Assembly: GCA_045597265.1 (NCBI GenBank) | Contig: JAZODX010000152.1 | Location: 1 to 54,315 of the forward strand | Source: Eubacteriales bacterium | GTDB lineage: Bacteria; Bacillota; Clostridia; Oscillospirales; CAG-272 | DNA length: 54,315 nucleotides | Reading direction: 5' to 3' | Shown: piece by piece, positions 50,557-54,315 of the stretch | How positions within the stretch are numbered: position 1 is the stretch's first letter | Layout: every line of letters begins with the position of its first letter | Made by a program: the position numbers and the translations under genes | Notes under the pieces: generated by a model | Databases searched by the model: none | Seen by the model: only the letters and a program-made list of their open reading frames with translations | Told to the model about the DNA's origin: nothing

Positions 50557-53136
50557 ATGGCAACTGCAGTGTTAATGCCCAAAAGCGGCCCCACGGTGGA
50601 AAGCTGTGTGCTCGGAAATTGGGAGAAAAAAATCGGTGATCAGGTCAAAAAGGGAGACATCCTCTTCACCTATGAAACCGATAAAACCGCATATGAATGC
50701 GTCGCACATGAGAATGGCGTTTTACTCGCTGTTTTTTATAACGTCGGTGACGAGGTTCCCGTCCTGACCCCCGTCTGTGCAATCGGAGAACCGGGAGAGG
50801 ACGTCTCTGCCCTGCGTCCCGGCGAAGAAGCCCCGTCCGCCGTGCCGGACGAGGCACCGCAGGCAGAGGTTATTTCTGCCGATGTTCGGGACAACAATTT
50901 TACCCGTATTTCGCCGAGAGCAAGAAAATTCGCGCGGGAAAACAGAATTGATATTACCCTGGCAACCCCGACCGGGCCGATGGGCAGAATCATTGAACGC
51001 GACCTGCAGAAATGTCTTTCCGCGCCTGCCCCCTCTGCCGGGTCGCTTGAATATGAGGATGTAAAGCTAAGCGGTATCCGCAGAACCATCAGCCGGACGA
51101 TGCATACTTCCCTTTCCTCCATGGCACAGTTGACCCATAATATGTCCTTTGATGCTGCTGCACTGCTTGCCTGCAGAAAGCAGTTCAAGGGAAGACAGGA
51201 TGCACACGCCGCAATCACCCTCGGGGACATGATTCTCTATGCGGTTTCTCGGCTTCTGCCGAAGTATCCTGAGCTGAATGCCCATCTGCTTGAGCAGGAT
51301 ACGATTCGCTGTTTTAAGCATGTTAACCTCGGCGTTGCTGTGGATACACCGCGTGGACTGATGGTCCCGACCATCTTCTGTGCGGAGCAAAAAAGTCTGC
51401 TTGAAATCTCCGAGGAGGTCAAGACACTCGCCGATGCCTGCAGAAAAGGAACCATTTCTCCCGACCTGCTCAGCGGCAGCAGCTTTACGGTCAGCAATCT
51501 CGGCAGTCTCGGCGTTGAATCCTTTACCCCCATCATCAATCCGCCCCAGACGGCAATTCTGGGTGTATGCGGAATTACAGAGCGGGTAAAGAAAAACGAA
51601 GACGGCAGTCTTGGCAGTTATTCTGCCATGACCCTCAGCCTGACTTATGACCACAGAGCAATTGACGGCTCGCCCGCTTCCCGCTTTGAGCGCGAGCTGT
51701 GTGAAATGCTCGAGCACTTCGGCGATATCACGCGCGAATCGTCGAAAAAGTGTTTCACCCCGGCCCCGGACGGTATATATGATCTCCTCATCATCGGCGG
51801 AGGGCCCGGCGGCTATCACTGCGCGGAACAGGCGGCAAAAAACGGCATGAAGGTTGCCCTGTTCGAGGAAAAGGCGCTCGGCGGAACCTGTCTCAATGAA
51901 GGCTGTATCCCGACCAAAACGTTGCTCAATTCTGCCAAAATGTACCGTCACGCCACCGAGGGTGAAGCCTTCGGTGTTACGGCAGAGGGCGTCTGTTATC
52001 ATCACGATACGGTAATCGACAGAAAAAACAATGTGGTAAAAAGCCTGGTTTCGGGTATCGCCGCCAGCATGCGTGCAAGCAAGGTGGAGGTGGTTTCCGC
52101 GACAGCAACAATAAAAGGAAAGCATAAAGACGGCTTCTCTGTTCTGGCAGGCGGAAAGACCTATACGGGTGAAAGACTGGTCATTGCAACCGGCTCGACT
52201 GCGTCCGTCCCCCCCATCAACGGCCTGGAGAAAGCACTTTCCGACGGCTTTGCCGTTACGAGCAAAGAAATCCTTGATGAAAAGGCCCTCCCCTGTCATC
52301 TTGCCATCATCGGCGGCGGTGTAATCGGCCTTGAAATGGCCTATTATTTCGCCTCGGTCGGCACACGGGTCACCGTGATAGAAAGCACCGCCAAGCTCGC
52401 CGGCGGAACCGACGATGACATCTGCCGCGTGCTCACCGATGCACTTACCGCACGGGGCGTTGTATGCAAGCTTTCCGCGCAGGTGCTCGAAATCGGCGAC
52501 GCAGGCATTGTTTATACCGAAAACGGCGAGAAGTGTACACTTCCCTGTGATAAGATTCTGCTCTGCACCGGAAGACGCCCCCGCACCGAGGGAATCGGAC
52601 TTGAAGCGCTTGGCCTTGAGATGGACAGAGCAGCGATCAAGACAAATCTGCATCTCGAAACCGGCACAGAAAACGTATACGCCATCGGTGACTGCAACGG
52701 CAAATCCATGCTTGCCCACACCGCGTACCGCGAGGCAGAGGTTGCGGTCAACCATATGCTGGGGGGCAATGACAGCATGCGCTACGATGTCATTCCCTCG
52801 GTCATTTATACCGATCCCGAAGTCGCCTGCGTCGGTCTGACTCTCGCAGAAGCCAAAGCACGCGGACGAAATGCACGGGAGATCAAGCTTCCCATGGCCT
52901 ATTCGGGCAGATACGTCGCAGAAACGGTTGACGGAAAGGGTATGATCAAGCTGGTTGTAGATACCCGGAGCAATACAATTCTGGGCTGCCACATCATCGG
53001 CGCATATGCCTCTGAAATTGTGATGACGGCAACGATGATGATTGATACCGAGCTGACCGCCGACCGCCTCAGAAAACTGGTTTTCCCGCACCCCACCGTA
53101 TCCGAAATCATCAAGGAAGCCATTTTCAAAATTTAA
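50557..53136 (+). CDS. Fusion protein: dihydrolipoamide acyltransferase (E2) plus dihydrolipoyl dehydrogenase (E3)
   Basis: This is a single ORF. It contains a lipoyl domain (ETDKTAYE), a subunit-binding domain (ISPRARKFARENRIDI), the E2 catalytic motif DHRAIDG, a linker of about 20 aa, and then E3 (YDLLIIGGGPGGY, the redox disulfide GGTCLNEGCIPTK, and a C-terminal HPTVSE). The ATG lies 8 nt after GGAGG. Confidence 0.85.
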   Translation: MATAVLMPKSGPTVESCVLGNWEKKIGDQVKKGDILFTYETDKTAYECVAHENGVLLAVFYNVGDEVPVLTPVCAIGEPGEDVSALRPGEEAPSAVPDEAPQAEVISADVRDNNFTRISPRARKFARENRIDITLATPTGPMGRIIERDLQKCLSAPAPSAGSLEYEDVKLSGIRRTISRTMHTSLSSMAQLTHNMSFDAAALLACRKQFKGRQDAHAAITLGDMILYAVSRLLPKYPELNAHLLEQDTIRCFKHVNLGVAVDTPRGLMVPTIFCAEQKSLLEISEEVKTLADACRKGTISPDLLSGSSFTVSNLGSLGVESFTPIINPPQTAILGVCGITERVKKNEDGSLGSYSAMTLSLTYDHRAIDGSPASRFERELCEMLEHFGDITRESSKKCFTPAPDGIYDLLIIGGGPGGYHCAEQAAKNGMKVALFEEKALGGTCLNEGCIPTKTLLNSAKMYRHATEGEAFGVTAEGVCYHHDTVIDRKNNVVKSLVSGIAASMRASKVEVVSATATIKGKHKDGFSVLAGGKTYTGERLVIATGSTASVPPINGLEKALSDGFAVTSKEILDEKALPCHLAIIGGGVIGLEMAYYFASVGTRVTVIESTAKLAGGTDDDICRVLTDALTARGVVCKLSAQVLEIGDAGIVYTENGEKCTLPCDKILLCTGRRPRTEGIGLEALGLEMDRAAIKTNLHLETGTENVYAIGDCNGKSMLAHTAYREAEVAVNHMLGGNDSMRYDVIPSVIYTDPEVACVGLTLAEAKARGRNAREIKLPMAYSGRYVAETVDGKGMIKLVVDTRSNTILGCHIIGAYASEIVMTATMMIDTELTADRLRKLVFPHPTVSEIIKEAIFKI

Positions 53137-53203
53137 CCCAAAGCGCGCCGCGCATCAATCGCGATATCCCGATCGGAGCAATCACACAAACAGAACCCGA
53201 AAA

Positions 53204-53242
53204 GAAAATCCATCACGGACACAATGTCTGTGATGGATTTTC
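53204..53242. terminator. Bidirectional terminator with an 18-bp stem
   Basis: GAAAATCCATCACGGACA-CAA-TGTCTGTGATGGATTTTC (one G-U pair), flanked by A-rich and T-rich sequence and located between convergent genes. Confidence 0.8.
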
Positions 53243-53256
53243 TTTCTCTATTTGAT

Positions 53257-54315
53257 TTACTCGCCGACGGGCAAAAATGAATTGCCAATGAGCCTGTAGA
53301 AATTCGAAACCGTCCGGTCGGCTTCATTTCGGGAGATTTGAAAAAGGCCGCGTTCGGCATCGTAAACGATCCACTGCCCGGGAGACATCGCTGCGGGATC
53401 GACGGTTGTCTGAACCGGCAATTCCCCCTGCAGACGGATAACCGTTACCGATCCCATCCAGCTTGCGAGAATGCTCTGTGTCCCGTTAGCACTGAGGGAT
53501 ATCTCACTCACCGACCCGTAAGCCTCACAGTAGACATCCGGGATGCCATCCGTGAGAAAATAGTAGGTGGCTTCCGGGTGAGTCCCCCCGTGAATAATTT
53601 TGACGGCATCTCTGCCGAGCACGTCCGTGACCTTCAGAATATCGATCACGCGGAAATTTTCATACTGTCCCTGCGTCAATTCGTTCATGCGGATGATATT
53701 TCCATCCTTTTCCCAAGCGGTGAAGGTTTGCATATCCGCCTTCCGATACACGAGATATCTGACACCGTCGATCACGCGCTCACCGAGAATCTGCACTGCC
53801 TCGCCGGCCTCTGCCGCTTCTCCGAGAACGGGAATCAACGCCGCTTCCGTATTGAGCGCGGGAATAGCCCACACCGCATCCGGCTTTGCGGATTGTGCGG
53901 CCTCGTATGCGTCGAACTCTGCTTTAGTCACGCTGTGATCCGCGATATAGTACGTGATTGACGCAAGAGTACCGTCACCTTCCCGCCGTGCAAGCACCGT
54001 TTTCGTGCAGGTATCCCCTTCAAAATCAAGCTTGCAAATCGACGCATTGAAGGCACTGCTTGATGAGGTATAGACTCCGTCGGCTTTCAAGCCGTTAAAC
54101 CCTCTGTACGGGAATTCGTGCGCGTACACGGCATTTCCGTAGCGATGCAAAACCAGAAAACCGACATAATCATTCGTGCCGTACCCCAGCCAAAGAACCA
54201 TTTCGGGATCTCTGTCGTCGTTCAGATCAAGGATGGTGTACTTCTTGACGGAATAATCGGTTTTCGCTTTGTATTCTGAAAGAAGCATACCTTCTTTTGA
54301 TGACGCATCATAGAA
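53257..54315 (-). CDS. Hypothetical protein, 5'-partial at the window edge
   Basis: The reading frame stays open upstream of the Met at 54288 all the way to the window end. I recognise no motif. Confidence 0.6.
   Translation of the reverse strand, partial: FYDASSKEGMLLSEYKAKTDYSVKKYTILDLNDDRDPEMVLWLGYGTNDYVGFLVLHRYGNAVYAHEFPYRGFNGLKADGVYTSSSSAFNASICKLDFEGDTCTKTVLARREGDGTLASITYYIADHSVTKAEFDAYEAAQSAKPDAVWAIPALNTEAALIPVLGEAAEAGEAVQILGERVIDGVRYLVYRKADMQTFTAWEKDGNIIRMNELTQGQYENFRVIDILKVTDVLGRDAVKIIHGGTHPEATYYFLTDGIPDVYCEAYGSVSEISLSANGTQSILASWMGSVTVIRLQGELPVQTTVDPAAMSPGQWIVYDAERGLFQISRNEADRTVSNFYRLIGNSFLPVGE

Noticed and set aside
51067-53091. 674-aa minus-strand ORF covering the E2-E3 gene
   Set aside because: It is antisense to a gene carrying multiple textbook motifs (lipoyl, DHRxxDG, FAD, redox disulfide). 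It is a reverse-frame artefact.

Overview
The window looks like a chromosomal fragment from a GC-rich Firmicutes/Clostridia-type genome. That placement is an inference from gene content, AGGAGG-type ribosome-binding sites and TTGACA-17-TATAAT promoters. Most of it is housekeeping. Reading left to right: tRNA-Glu(CUC); a complete histidine operon hisZ-G-D-C-B-H-A-F-IE (532-8240); a small anchored surface protein; a CapA-like lipoprotein; a Gfo/Idh/MocA oxidoreductase; pepF; a U32 peptidase; tyrA; fba; an acyl-ACP thioesterase coupled to an atypical OmpR-type regulator; an RluA-type pseudouridine synthase interrupted by an in-frame TAG; a BlaI/BlaR1-like pair; a small AT-richer islet (DUF559 nuclease plus a P-loop kinase) embedded in repeats; two tandem CNNM/CorC paralogs; dxs; an XRE membrane regulator; trkA-trkH; a VTC-domain/DUF4956/Cthe_2159 lipoprotein operon; a signal-less DUF11 protein; a DUF5685/J-domain/membrane operon; tRNA-Thr(GGU) followed by an AT-richer accessory block (Fic, XRE, sigma-70, DUF4367 anti-sigma-like protein, secreted protein, DUF6514-like protein); a GH20-like hexosaminidase; a ROK regulator; and a 2-oxoacid (acetoin/pyruvate-type) dehydrogenase cluster with E1 alpha/beta, a lipoate ligase and a single-ORF E2-E3 fusion. 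The observations I consider most worth following up are: (1) a 403-bp non-coding element at 37063-37465, bounded by a 22-bp perfect inverted repeat and filled with 9-mer-plus-mini-hairpin modules; (2) the E2-E3 fusion; (3) two conserved but uncharacterised operons (VTC/DUF4956/Cthe_2159, and DUF5685/J-domain with a cysteine string); (4) the BlaR1-type sensor fused to a degenerate M23 domain; (5) at least three families of short intergenic repeats, two copies of which sit inside the his operon; and (6) the amber-interrupted rluA-like gene. Many long ORFs in the track lie antisense to real genes in GC-rich DNA, and I rejected them.
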